Shown: one piece after another, positions 1-7,233 of the stretch
How positions within the stretch are numbered: position 1 is the first letter of the stretch
How the letters are laid out: each line of letters opens with the position of its first letter
Assembly: GCA_030637655.1 (NCBI GenBank)
Contig: DAOWGI010000046.1
Location: forward strand, 1 to 12,724
Direction: 5' to 3'
Source of the DNA: a candidate division FCPU426 bacterium
GTDB lineage: Bacteria > Oederibacteriota > JAAXVQ01 > JAUVAV01
DNA length: 12,724 nt
Translations under genes and position numbers: made by a program
The notes under the pieces: model-generated
Told to the model about the DNA's origin: nothing
Seen by the model: only the letters and a program-made list of their open reading frames with translations
The model's database searches: none

Positions 1-19
1 AACTGCGGTTAAACAAAGG

Positions 20-95
20 TTGTCATTCCCGAGGGTTTAATCGGGAATCTGGTTTTTTAAACAATATCCCCGCTACAGGCATACGGGGATGACAA
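20..95. repeat. Double-hairpin palindromic element (dRS3/RPE/REP-like GTCATTCCCG...CGGGAAT...ATCCCCG...CGGGGATGAC)
   Basis: Outer arms TTGTCAT (20-26) and ATGACAA (89-95) enclose two hairpins: ATTCCCG/CGGGAAT (25-48) and ATCCCCG/CGGGGAT (66-90). It lies just downstream of dtd. Confidence 0.75.
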
Positions 96-133
96 ACAAA
101 AACATCACATAACTGACATGTTATAGCCAGAAT

Positions 134-604
134 TTAGTAGTCAGAAGTTAATTCTGTATTCTGTTTCTTAGAATCCAATAGTATTGTCACTGGTCCATCA
201 TTGACCAGACTCACATGCATATGTTCCTGAAAGCTGCCTTTTTTCACTGGCAGTCCCAGGGTTTCCAGACTTTGACAAAAATGTTCATACAACACCATTC
301 CTTTTTCCGGAGCTGCGGCCCGGGTGAAATCCGGCCTTCTGCCCTTCCGACAATCACCCAACAGCGTAAATTGCGGCACAGCTAAGACAGCACCTCTTAT
401 CTCACTCACCGACAGATTCATCTTACCGGGCGGATCTGCAAAAATCCTTAAACCGGCAATTTTATTTGCCAAGTATTCCGCATCTTCAGCGCGATCCTCC
501 TGAGCTACACCTACCAGCACCAGCAATCCTTTATCAATTTCAGCTGTTTTTTGATTTTGTACGTATACACTGGAACACAATACCCTTTGTACTACGGTTT
601 TCAT
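134..604 (-). CDS. dtd: D-aminoacyl-tRNA deacylase (D-Tyr-tRNA deacylase)
   Basis: MKTVVQRV start, GLRIF.D..GKMNLS, PQFTL.GD.RKGRRPDF and C-terminal M.VSLVNDGPVT with the Gly-cisPro motif; 156 aa. Confidence 0.97.
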   Translation of the reverse strand: MKTVVQRVLCSSVYVQNQKTAEIDKGLLVLVGVAQEDRAEDAEYLANKIAGLRIFADPPGKMNLSVSEIRGAVLAVPQFTLLGDCRKGRRPDFTRAAAPEKGMVLYEHFCQSLETLGLPVKKGSFQEHMHVSLVNDGPVTILLDSKKQNTELTSDY

Positions 605-614
605 TAGGGCCCCC

Positions 615-638
615 AGACGCGATTAATCGCGTCTCTAC
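615..638. repeat. GTAG-type REP palindrome
   Basis: Perfect 20-bp palindrome AGACGCGATTAATCGCGTCT (615-634) followed by CTAC, which reads GTAG on the minus strand; intergenic. Confidence 0.75.
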
Positions 639-696
639 AGCATTTTTTCCTGTATTTTAATTGTCGGCAGAAAGCCAGGAAAGAAATAGAATATTA

Positions 697-1098
697 TTAT
701 ACACTGTGATTGTTATGTTTGCGATCGTATTTATCCAAAATACGTTTTACGCGAATGACCAAATCATTCGGTTCGAACGGTTTGATGATATAATCATCCG
801 CCCCCAGAGCAAAACCACGCGCAATATCAGCGGCTTCTGTTTTGGCGGAAATAAAAATAATCGGCAAATCGATGGACGGTTCGCTTTTTATGGCACGACA
901 CACTTCAAAACCATCCATTCCCGGCATCATGATATCCAACAACAACAAATCAATATTGTATTTGGTTATTTTGGCAATACCTTCCGGACCGCTGGCAGCT
1001 CCGTAAAATTCATAATTCTCAGCCTCCAGGATGTATTTTACCGCATTGCGAACATCCACTTCATCTTCAATAAAAATCACTTTTTTTTCCATATTCAT
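697..1098 (-). CDS. Single-domain response regulator receiver (REC) protein
   Basis: IEDE acidic pocket, LLLDIMMPGMDG phospho-acceptor Asp, ISAK, GADDYIIKPF; no output domain; GGAGGAG RBS just upstream. Confidence 0.95.
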   Translation of the reverse strand: MNMEKKVIFIEDEVDVRNAVKYILEAENYEFYGAASGPEGIAKITKYNIDLLLLDIMMPGMDGFEVCRAIKSEPSIDLPIIFISAKTEAADIARGFALGADDYIIKPFEPNDLVIRVKRILDKYDRKHNNHSV

Positions 1099-1120
1099 TC
1101 ACTCCTCCATCGGACAAAAA

Positions 1121-2086
1121 CTAGGGATTATCTTGTATCGCAATTCCGGCTGCACCTATCACCCCGGCACGGTCGGCTAACTTTGCCCTAACAATTTTTG
1201 TGCATTTGTAAAGCTCTTTCAAGGCACGTTTTTTGGCCTCAGCTCTCACATATTTCAAGAGCGATTCTCCACCTTGGGAGACACCTCCTCCGATAATAAC
1301 AATCTGAGGATTCAATAAATTAATTATATTGGCCACACTTATACCCAGATAGGTGCCGGCTTGTTCAATAATCGCGAGCGCGACCCGGTCACCTGCCCGT
1401 GCTGCCTGAAATATCAGTTTTGTGGTCAGTGGTTGTTTTGAGCCATTAACCAACTTGGCCAAACAGGATCCAGGATGGGATCGAATCGTTTTCCTGCCTT
1501 CCCGGGCAATGGCTGTCCCTGAAGCCAAGGCTTCCAGACAACCGTAATTTCCGCAACCACAGCGAGGCCCATTGGTAATAATTGTGGTATGACCCAATTC
1601 CCCGGCCCCATCACATGAACCATGAGATATTTTACCATTCTGAATTATTCCGCCTCCAATACCAGTGCCTAAGGTATAGACCACCACATGCTCGTAGCCT
1701 TTTCCTGCGCCTTGCCATTTCTCTCCAAAAGCAGCCACATTGGCATCATTGTCAATAATTACCGTTTTTTTAAATGCAGCTCTCAATTTCTTCCGCAGAG
1801 GAATATTTTTCCATCCAGGTAGATTTGGCGAATATTTTACCACACCTTGCTTCGTATCCAAAACACCTGGCACACCAATACCAATACCTTTAAGCTGCTT
1901 AGTCTCTATTTTGGCTTTTTCCATAACCGTCTTCGAGACACAAACAATACGTCGGATAACTTTCTCAGGTCCTTGTTGGGCTTTAGTTTCAATTTTTTCA
2001 AGGTCAAGGATCGCACCTGCAGATGATATTAAAGCAGCAGTCATATTGCTGCCACCAAGATCTATCCCGAGATATACCTGCCCCAC
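1121..2086 (-). CDS. ROK-family sugar kinase (glucokinase-like)
   Basis: GIDLGGS, GIGVPG, DNDANVAAFGE, TLGTGIGGG, GELGH and the CGCGNYGCLE zinc motif; no N-terminal HTH. Start re-called at GTG 2086, which follows AGGAAAGGA, rather than 2164. Confidence 0.93.
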   Translation of the reverse strand: MGQVYLGIDLGGSNMTAALISSAGAILDLEKIETKAQQGPEKVIRRIVCVSKTVMEKAKIETKQLKGIGIGVPGVLDTKQGVVKYSPNLPGWKNIPLRKKLRAAFKKTVIIDNDANVAAFGEKWQGAGKGYEHVVVYTLGTGIGGGIIQNGKISHGSCDGAGELGHTTIITNGPRCGCGNYGCLEALASGTAIAREGRKTIRSHPGSCLAKLVNGSKQPLTTKLIFQAARAGDRVALAIIEQAGTYLGISVANIINLLNPQIVIIGGGVSQGGESLLKYVRAEAKKRALKELYKCTKIVRAKLADRAGVIGAAGIAIQDNP

Positions 2087-2123
2087 TGTGAATTCCTTTC
2101 CTGTAAATTTATTGTAGTTTAAG

Positions 2124-2152
2124 ATTTTACGACGAATGGAAATGTCTTGCAA
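2124..2152 (-). promoter_or_regulatory. Putative sigma-70 promoter for ROK-REC-dtd
   Basis: Minus strand TTGCAA-N17-TAAAAT, ending 37 nt before the GTG start at 2086. Confidence 0.65.
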
Positions 2153-2234
2153 GATATTTTGCATTGAATTTCAGATCTTTATTTCCGACAACCAGAAGTT
2201 GACCTGCTATCTGTCGCGCACCTACAAAATAAAT

Positions 2235-2262
2235 GTAGGGGCACGGTGCACCGTGCCCCTAC
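2235..2262. repeat. GTAG-type REP palindrome
   Basis: Perfect 28-bp palindrome GTAGGGGCACGGTGCACCGTGCCCCTAC; its right end provides the TAG stop of the adjacent minus-strand gene (2259-2261). Confidence 0.85.
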
Positions 2263-2882
2263 GATTCATATAATGCTGCTGTGTTTTCATTAAGAAAAGA
2301 TTGGAAAACTTCTTGAGACCATCCTTGATCTTGCCAGGCGACAAATTCGTTGCGATAAATAAACAATCCACTCACCGGACGACCAAAGCGTTTCTTAACA
2401 TGCTGACACAATTCCGGCAGATCCTGAAAGGTCTGTTTGGAAGCCAACTCCAGATCATCATTCCAGAGCAACCGAAAAGTAGTAAGAAAATCCACACTAT
2501 TGGCATGTATTCCAAGTATGGCACTAGCCCAGATTCCTTCCCCATCCAAAATTCCCAGCATAAGTACCCGAGAATCGGAATAGCGCTCCAGAATTTTCTT
2601 CCATAGGGATTCCGGCCAGCCCAAATAGTTGTTCTCTAAGCCGGCTACACCCGCTGCTTGCGCAGCTTGTCGCAAACACTGGTCAACTTCGCCAACAGTG
2701 TGCACTCCGGGAGTTGAGAGTTGTACAATTGCATTATTTACAATACTATTTAACAAATTCGTGTCCAGACTCAACAATGCATCTTGCCAAGCATTTTCAG
2801 GACAATGATCCCCGGCCAAGGAAGCCAAACGTTCCAATTGTTCAGGTTCCGGATCCAGCAATCGAAATTCAGGATTTAGCAT
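2259..2882 (-). CDS. Hypothetical protein (about 207 aa), translationally coupled to the GH-like gene
   Basis: Open frame; ATG at 2882 follows GGGAG and overlaps the upstream TAA (ATGCTAA). No family recognised. Confidence 0.75.
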   Translation of the reverse strand: MLNPEFRLLDPEPEQLERLASLAGDHCPENAWQDALLSLDTNLLNSIVNNAIVQLSTPGVHTVGEVDQCLRQAAQAAGVAGLENNYLGWPESLWKKILERYSDSRVLMLGILDGEGIWASAILGIHANSVDFLTTFRLLWNDDLELASKQTFQDLPELCQHVKKRFGRPVSGLFIYRNEFVAWQDQGWSQEVFQSFLNENTAALYES

Positions 2883-4873
2883 GGTATCAACTCCCAAAAT
2901 TTCACCTGACGCGCGGGTAAAACAATTTTTATTTCATTATTTCCGCCCCAATATTTATTTTCTTGCCAAAAATCCTTCAACACAAATTTGCCGTCGCGTC
3001 GAACTATAGTCTCGATGGCTTCATATGCCGAATTCACAGCCGTCACAAAGACTCGATTCCTGAATTTATGATAAAACACTGAGATATTTTGATGATCAAT
3101 AGTCAAAGGACGCGGCACCCCGACTTGCTTCAGTAAACGCAGTAATTTGGTCTCATCGTAGGTGTCGATATGATATAAACGACCGGTTACTGCAGTTTTG
3201 GCTTTCGCTTTGGTTTTTGCCTTGTTTTTAGTTTTCGTTACTTTCTTCGGTTTCACTTCTACCAAAGTACGTAGTGCGGGGAAATTTGCTTTTTCAGGAT
3301 GAACGGGCATTGCTCCGATTACAGCAATAACCGCACCTTTGTTATGCAATTGTGAAATCAAATACTGGATGTTTTCCAGCATTTGCTCGCTCCCAGGCAC
3401 CAGTAACATCACAGATTTCGCGAGACGATCCAAAGCGGATTCAGCATCTGCTTTTAAAAACGAGAATTGATTTTTCAACAGAAATGTTTCCAATTGCAAA
3501 GTGGCAGCTTGATACTGCTGTGTTATTGTTTCCCGAGTCTCAGCAGGCTTTACCCTCAGAGTGACACCCAATAGATCTTTGCGCGCTGGTGGATCGGCAA
3601 GTACATAGGCAGCCCGTTCCAATTCAGGCAGTGTGAGCAACAAAACATCCGCAGTAATCTGGCTGGCTAAAAATCCCTCTGAAGCGGTAAATTCCTGCAA
3701 TGATTCCCAAAACTGCAATCTCGGCCGTACCGGCATTCCCTGTCGATCACATATAAATCCCGCCAAGGTACCGCTGCCGGCAGGCGAGAGCGCATCCCAG
3801 CCTCGAACACCATAGGCAATTTCTTTCTGTTTCTGAAATTGCTGTTCATCAGCAAGCGAGGTTTCCAAGCGGGCATTACACACAGTTAGAAACCGCGCTT
3901 GATTGGCTATGTCCAACAATGCTTCTGTTTCATTTTCCGGTAGTGATTCCGGCATGGCATATCTAAAACAACGAGATTTTTCCAATTCAATTAAATTCGC
4001 AGGACGTTGCGTAGTTGGAATGGTCGCAATAAAAATCGGAATACGCTCCAAAGTCACAGCTGAAAACAAAGCGTGTAACCGCTCCGCTGCTTGAATAAAA
4101 TAATCTTCGCGAAAACGAGCCCAATCCAGCAAGCGCTTTTCAGGATAGTTATCTTTGGCAGCAATTGATTGAGGTGGATGAATCACAGAAAATGAGCTGA
4201 AATCCGTTTTATAGTCTGCGTTTAAATTGGCAATTTTCGAGTACTGTTTTTTCAAGAAAGAGTGGTAATAATGAACAGCTTCCGTGTTGTAGTCCGCGGC
4301 AAAAACGGACATGGCAGCGCCCCAGCCTGGCGCTTGGGTAAGACCCATACCAATGACAGGGCCATCCGGGTGAATCCAAGGCTGCGTTACCTGATTCAGT
4401 TTTTCGGCAAATGGTCGCAATACTTGAGTCAAGCGTTCAGAAACCAAACATGGCAACGTAAAAACATCTCCCCCAAAACCACGTGTGGATAAAACCATAT
4501 TGCCTTTCGCATCGCGCGCCAGAGCATTTACATCGGTAATCAGTTCATCCGGATACCCGGCTGCCGCCACTCCAGGACAATTTCTTGGGCCAACGTTGAG
4601 TACAACTTTCAATCCTACCTCTTTGGCTTCTGCTAAAAAGGCGGCCAGATCATTCTGCGGCCGCACTTTACCAAAATCATATTCACCAGGCCCGGTCTGA
4701 TGTACACGAGGCAGCACTGCTGTAGAAACTACCAGATGGCCGGCCAGCTGGTAGGTCTTTAATACATCATGCCAGCGTGAGCGTTCGATGTCCCAGTAAT
4801 TTATTTGACCCCACACCCAGGAGAGAGTCGTACCCCCGAGCTCCCAACCGGAATTACGTAATTTTACCGTCAT
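2876..4873 (-). CDS. GH35/GH42 beta-galactosidase-like protein, catalytic motifs degenerate
   Basis: N-terminus follows the GH35 pattern (GQINYW...W.DVL...G...H...PGEYDF...DL..FL..A.E.GLKVVL..GP..C.....GYP, GPVI). A GH42/GlmA-like segment follows (DY...FLKKQY.KI.NLN..Y...F.SF..I.PP...DW.RF). 665 aa. Confidence 0.78.
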   Translation of the reverse strand: MTVKLRNSGWELGGTTLSWVWGQINYWDIERSRWHDVLKTYQLAGHLVVSTAVLPRVHQTGPGEYDFGKVRPQNDLAAFLAEAKEVGLKVVLNVGPRNCPGVAAAGYPDELITDVNALARDAKGNMVLSTRGFGGDVFTLPCLVSERLTQVLRPFAEKLNQVTQPWIHPDGPVIGMGLTQAPGWGAAMSVFAADYNTEAVHYYHSFLKKQYSKIANLNADYKTDFSSFSVIHPPQSIAAKDNYPEKRLLDWARFREDYFIQAAERLHALFSAVTLERIPIFIATIPTTQRPANLIELEKSRCFRYAMPESLPENETEALLDIANQARFLTVCNARLETSLADEQQFQKQKEIAYGVRGWDALSPAGSGTLAGFICDRQGMPVRPRLQFWESLQEFTASEGFLASQITADVLLLTLPELERAAYVLADPPARKDLLGVTLRVKPAETRETITQQYQAATLQLETFLLKNQFSFLKADAESALDRLAKSVMLLVPGSEQMLENIQYLISQLHNKGAVIAVIGAMPVHPEKANFPALRTLVEVKPKKVTKTKNKAKTKAKAKTAVTGRLYHIDTYDETKLLRLLKQVGVPRPLTIDHQNISVFYHKFRNRVFVTAVNSAYEAIETIVRRDGKFVLKDFWQENKYWGGNNEIKIVLPARQVKFWELIPC

Positions 4874-4882
4874 ATGCGCTTT

Positions 4883-5803
4883 CTATTCTTGGAGAGGAGT
4901 AGTAACCAGACGATTTTTCCCTTGACGTTTGGCTTCCAGCAAGGCATCATCCGCTTCTTTTAACAATTCTTCCTTAGTGCCTGTCTGCTCACTGGTATAA
5001 GCCGATGCTCCCAGGGAAATGGTTACTACTTGTTCAGGATCATCGTTAATAAACCGTGATTCCGAGATCAAGCTGCCGAGCCTCTCACCCACTACTACAG
5101 CGCCACCCAGATCGGTTTGGGGAAGAATCAATAAAAATTCTTCCCCGCCATAACGGGCAATAATGTCCACCACCCGATTGGAATTTTTCATAATCATAGC
5201 AACCTTTTGTAAAATCTGATCCCCTTGCAAATGGCCATACGTATCATTAATATTTTTAAAATCGTCAATATCCATCATGATACAGGCCATGGGATATTTA
5301 TACCGTCGCGCCCGTTCTACTTCTTCGTGAAAGCGCTCCATCAAATAACGCCGGTTGTATAAGGAGGTCAACGGATCGGTCATCGATAATTCGGAAAGCC
5401 GTTGATTCGCTTCCCGCAAATGATCATGCTCGCCTTTAATCCGCAAAGCTGCTTCCACACGCGCAATCAATTCATCCAGATCAAATGGTTTGGTAATATA
5501 ATCATGTCCACCCATGCGCAAACCAACAACCTTGCTATCGGTCTCGCCTTTGACTGTAAGAAAGATCACGGGAATATGATTCAGACTATCGTTCTCTTTA
5601 AGGAGTTTGAGTACCTCATACCCGTTGAGTCGAGGCATCATGACATCCAAAAGAATCAAGTCGGGCACAATTTCCTGCGCCAGATCCATGGCCTCTTGAC
5701 CATCTTTGGCCCACGTTATGGAATATCCCTTTACTTCCAGAATAATTTTTACTAATTCAGCTATGTTAGCATCATCTTCCGCGATTAGTATGTTTTCTGT
5801 CAC
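4883..5803 (-). CDS. Response-regulator diguanylate cyclase (REC-GGDEF, WspR/PleD-like), predicted active
   Basis: REC (AEDD, LLDVMMP, DYITKPF), [32 protein letters not shown]-site, [15 protein letters not shown]. Start re-called at GTG 5803 after GGAGG; the ORF-track extension runs into the tRNA. 306 aa. Confidence 0.95.
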   Translation of the reverse strand: MTENILIAEDDANIAELVKIILEVKGYSITWAKDGQEAMDLAQEIVPDLILLDVMMPRLNGYEVLKLLKENDSLNHIPVIFLTVKGETDSKVVGLRMGGHDYITKPFDLDELIARVEAALRIKGEHDHLREANQRLSELSMTDPLTSLYNRRYLMERFHEEVERARRYKYPMACIMMDIDDFKNINDTYGHLQGDQILQKVAMIMKNSNRVVDIIARYGGEEFLLILPQTDLGGAVVVGERLGSLISESRFINDDPEQVVTISLGASAYTSEQTGTKEELLKEADDALLEAKRQGKNRLVTTPLQE

Positions 5804-5861
5804 AGTGCACCTCCGTGAACTCTGTAGGGTTATTTCCTTTATCACGTTTATACAACTAAGC

Positions 5862-5946
5862 TGGTGCGAGAGGCGGGACTCGAACCCGCACGGATTGCTC
5901 CATACGCCCCTCAAACGTATGTGTCTGCCAGTTCCACCACCCTCGC
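5862..5946 (-). tRNA. tRNA-Leu (anticodon GAG)
   Basis: Minus strand GCGAGGG...TGGCAGAC...TACGT-TTGAGGG-GCGTA...GGAGCAATCC long variable arm...GGGTTCGAGTCCC...CTCTCGC-ACCA; 85 nt with encoded CCA. Confidence 0.97.
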
Positions 5947-5974
5947 ATTACTCTCTTTTATGCCAGAGTAGGCA

Positions 5975-6004
5975 AATATACCGTAATTGCATATCAGATG
6001 TCAA
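5975..6004 (-). promoter_or_regulatory. Sigma-70 promoter for tRNA-Leu (and possibly the downstream genes)
   Basis: Minus strand TTGACA-N18-TATATT, 28 nt upstream of the tRNA 5' end, preceded by an AT-rich tract. Confidence 0.75.
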
Positions 6005-6038
6005 GACGTAAGAAAATTTAAAAGAATTTAATCCTGAC

Positions 6039-6058
6039 ATTTATTTATTTATTTATTT
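6039..6058. repeat. (ATTT)5 microsatellite
   Basis: Five exact tandem ATTT units upstream of the tRNA promoter. Confidence 0.8.
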
Positions 6059-6130
6059 CTAATTGATTCCAAAGATTGGTCAAACCAGCGGAAGACTGTT
6101 TTTAAGACCTGCTCCGGTGGGGCCGCTTGA

Positions 6131-7051
6131 TTAGAAAGCAGTAAGCGTTAATACCAAATGATTGCCACCCATGCTTTTGGCATCCACCAGGGCTTGTTTG
6201 GCCAGTTGAATAAGATCCACTTCATTTCCAATACGCGCACCTGAAAAGGCAGACACACCAATAGACAGAGTCACCTGATATTTCGGATCTACTGTAATTA
6301 GACGGGTACGACTGACCTGCCGGCTAAATCGTTCAGCCACAATTTTAGCCCCACCTAAATCCGTCTGCGTTAATTGGACAATAAACTGATCCACGCCATA
6401 GCGTCCGAGCATGTCCACTACCCGATTTTTTCGCTTTAAAAGCATAGAAACACGCTGTAATACCTGATCTCCTTGCACTCGTCCAAACTGCTCATTGATT
6501 TTTTTGAAATTATCAACATCAATTAATACACAGGCAACAGGATAACAATATTTACGCGCGCGCTCAATTTCTTCCGCAAAACGCTCCATGAAGTAATTTT
6601 GGTTATACACTCCAGTCAAAGGATCTGCCAACGAAAGCTCTGCCATCCGGCGATCATCGCGATGCAATGGACCGGGTATACTCCGGATACGCAAAGCAGC
6701 CTCTATCCTAGCCATCAACTCGTAAATATCAAAAGGTTTGGTAATATAGTCATGGCCGCCCATACGTAAACCGGCAATTTTTTTATCCGATTCACTCCTG
6801 ACTGTCAGGAAGATAATCGAGATATCTTTGAGATCCAAATTTTCCTTTAAAAGATGTGCCAACTCATACCCGTTTAACTTGGGCATCATGATATCCATGA
6901 GAATGAGATCGGGTTTGAGCTCTTTGGCCATACGCAAGGCCTCTTCCCCGTCCCTGGCCCAGGTAAGTTCATAGCCCTTGGTTTCAAGAATCACTTTTAC
7001 CAGTTCCAGCGTACCCTGATCATCTTCAGCAATTAAAATGGATTCAGCCAT
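6131..7051 (-). CDS. REC + degenerate GGDEF protein (GVDQF), paralog of 4883-5803
   Basis: REC intact (AEDD, LMDIMMP, DYITKPF). GGDEF fold with RVVD I-site but RYGVDQF at the active site. ATG 7051 follows GAGGAG. 306 aa. Confidence 0.92.
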   Translation of the reverse strand: MAESILIAEDDQGTLELVKVILETKGYELTWARDGEEALRMAKELKPDLILMDIMMPKLNGYELAHLLKENLDLKDISIIFLTVRSESDKKIAGLRMGGHDYITKPFDIYELMARIEAALRIRSIPGPLHRDDRRMAELSLADPLTGVYNQNYFMERFAEEIERARKYCYPVACVLIDVDNFKKINEQFGRVQGDQVLQRVSMLLKRKNRVVDMLGRYGVDQFIVQLTQTDLGGAKIVAERFSRQVSRTRLITVDPKYQVTLSIGVSAFSGARIGNEVDLIQLAKQALVDAKSMGGNHLVLTLTAF

Positions 7052-7233
7052 GAATATCACTCCTCAATTATAAGAGTCGGTAGTAACATTAAATGTCTTA
7101 ATCATTTCCAACGAATATTAAAACATCCCCCATAAACGTTCTTCGCCATATAGTGATCTCTCCAAATCGGACAAAACCTGAGGCAGGTCGATAATATTCA
7201 GCTTAAAGTCCATCAATGTACTTAAAATCAACT

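Noticed and set aside
2087-2164. N-terminal extension of ROK, or ROK as a repressor
   Set aside because: The region contains the promoter and RBS, and there is no HTH domain.
5804-5914. N-terminal extension of the DGC in the ORF track
   Set aside because: It overlaps the tRNA; GTG 5803 has a GGAGG RBS and matches the paralog's start.
5862-5946. tRNA-Leu as an integration site for a genomic island
   Set aside because: No integrase and no duplicated tRNA 3' end seen in the window; the accessory-looking region lies on the 5' side of the tRNA.
6080-6130. Possible c-di-GMP riboswitch or structured RNA between the degenerate DGC and the tRNA
   Set aside because: Only a short AGCGG/CCGCT pairing; conserved class I/II riboswitch motifs were not recognisable.
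1109-7176. Shared 11-mer ATCGGACAAAA upstream of two REC genes (1109-1119 and 7166-7176)
   Set aside because: An 11-nt match is expected by chance in a window this size, and the distances to the start codons differ.
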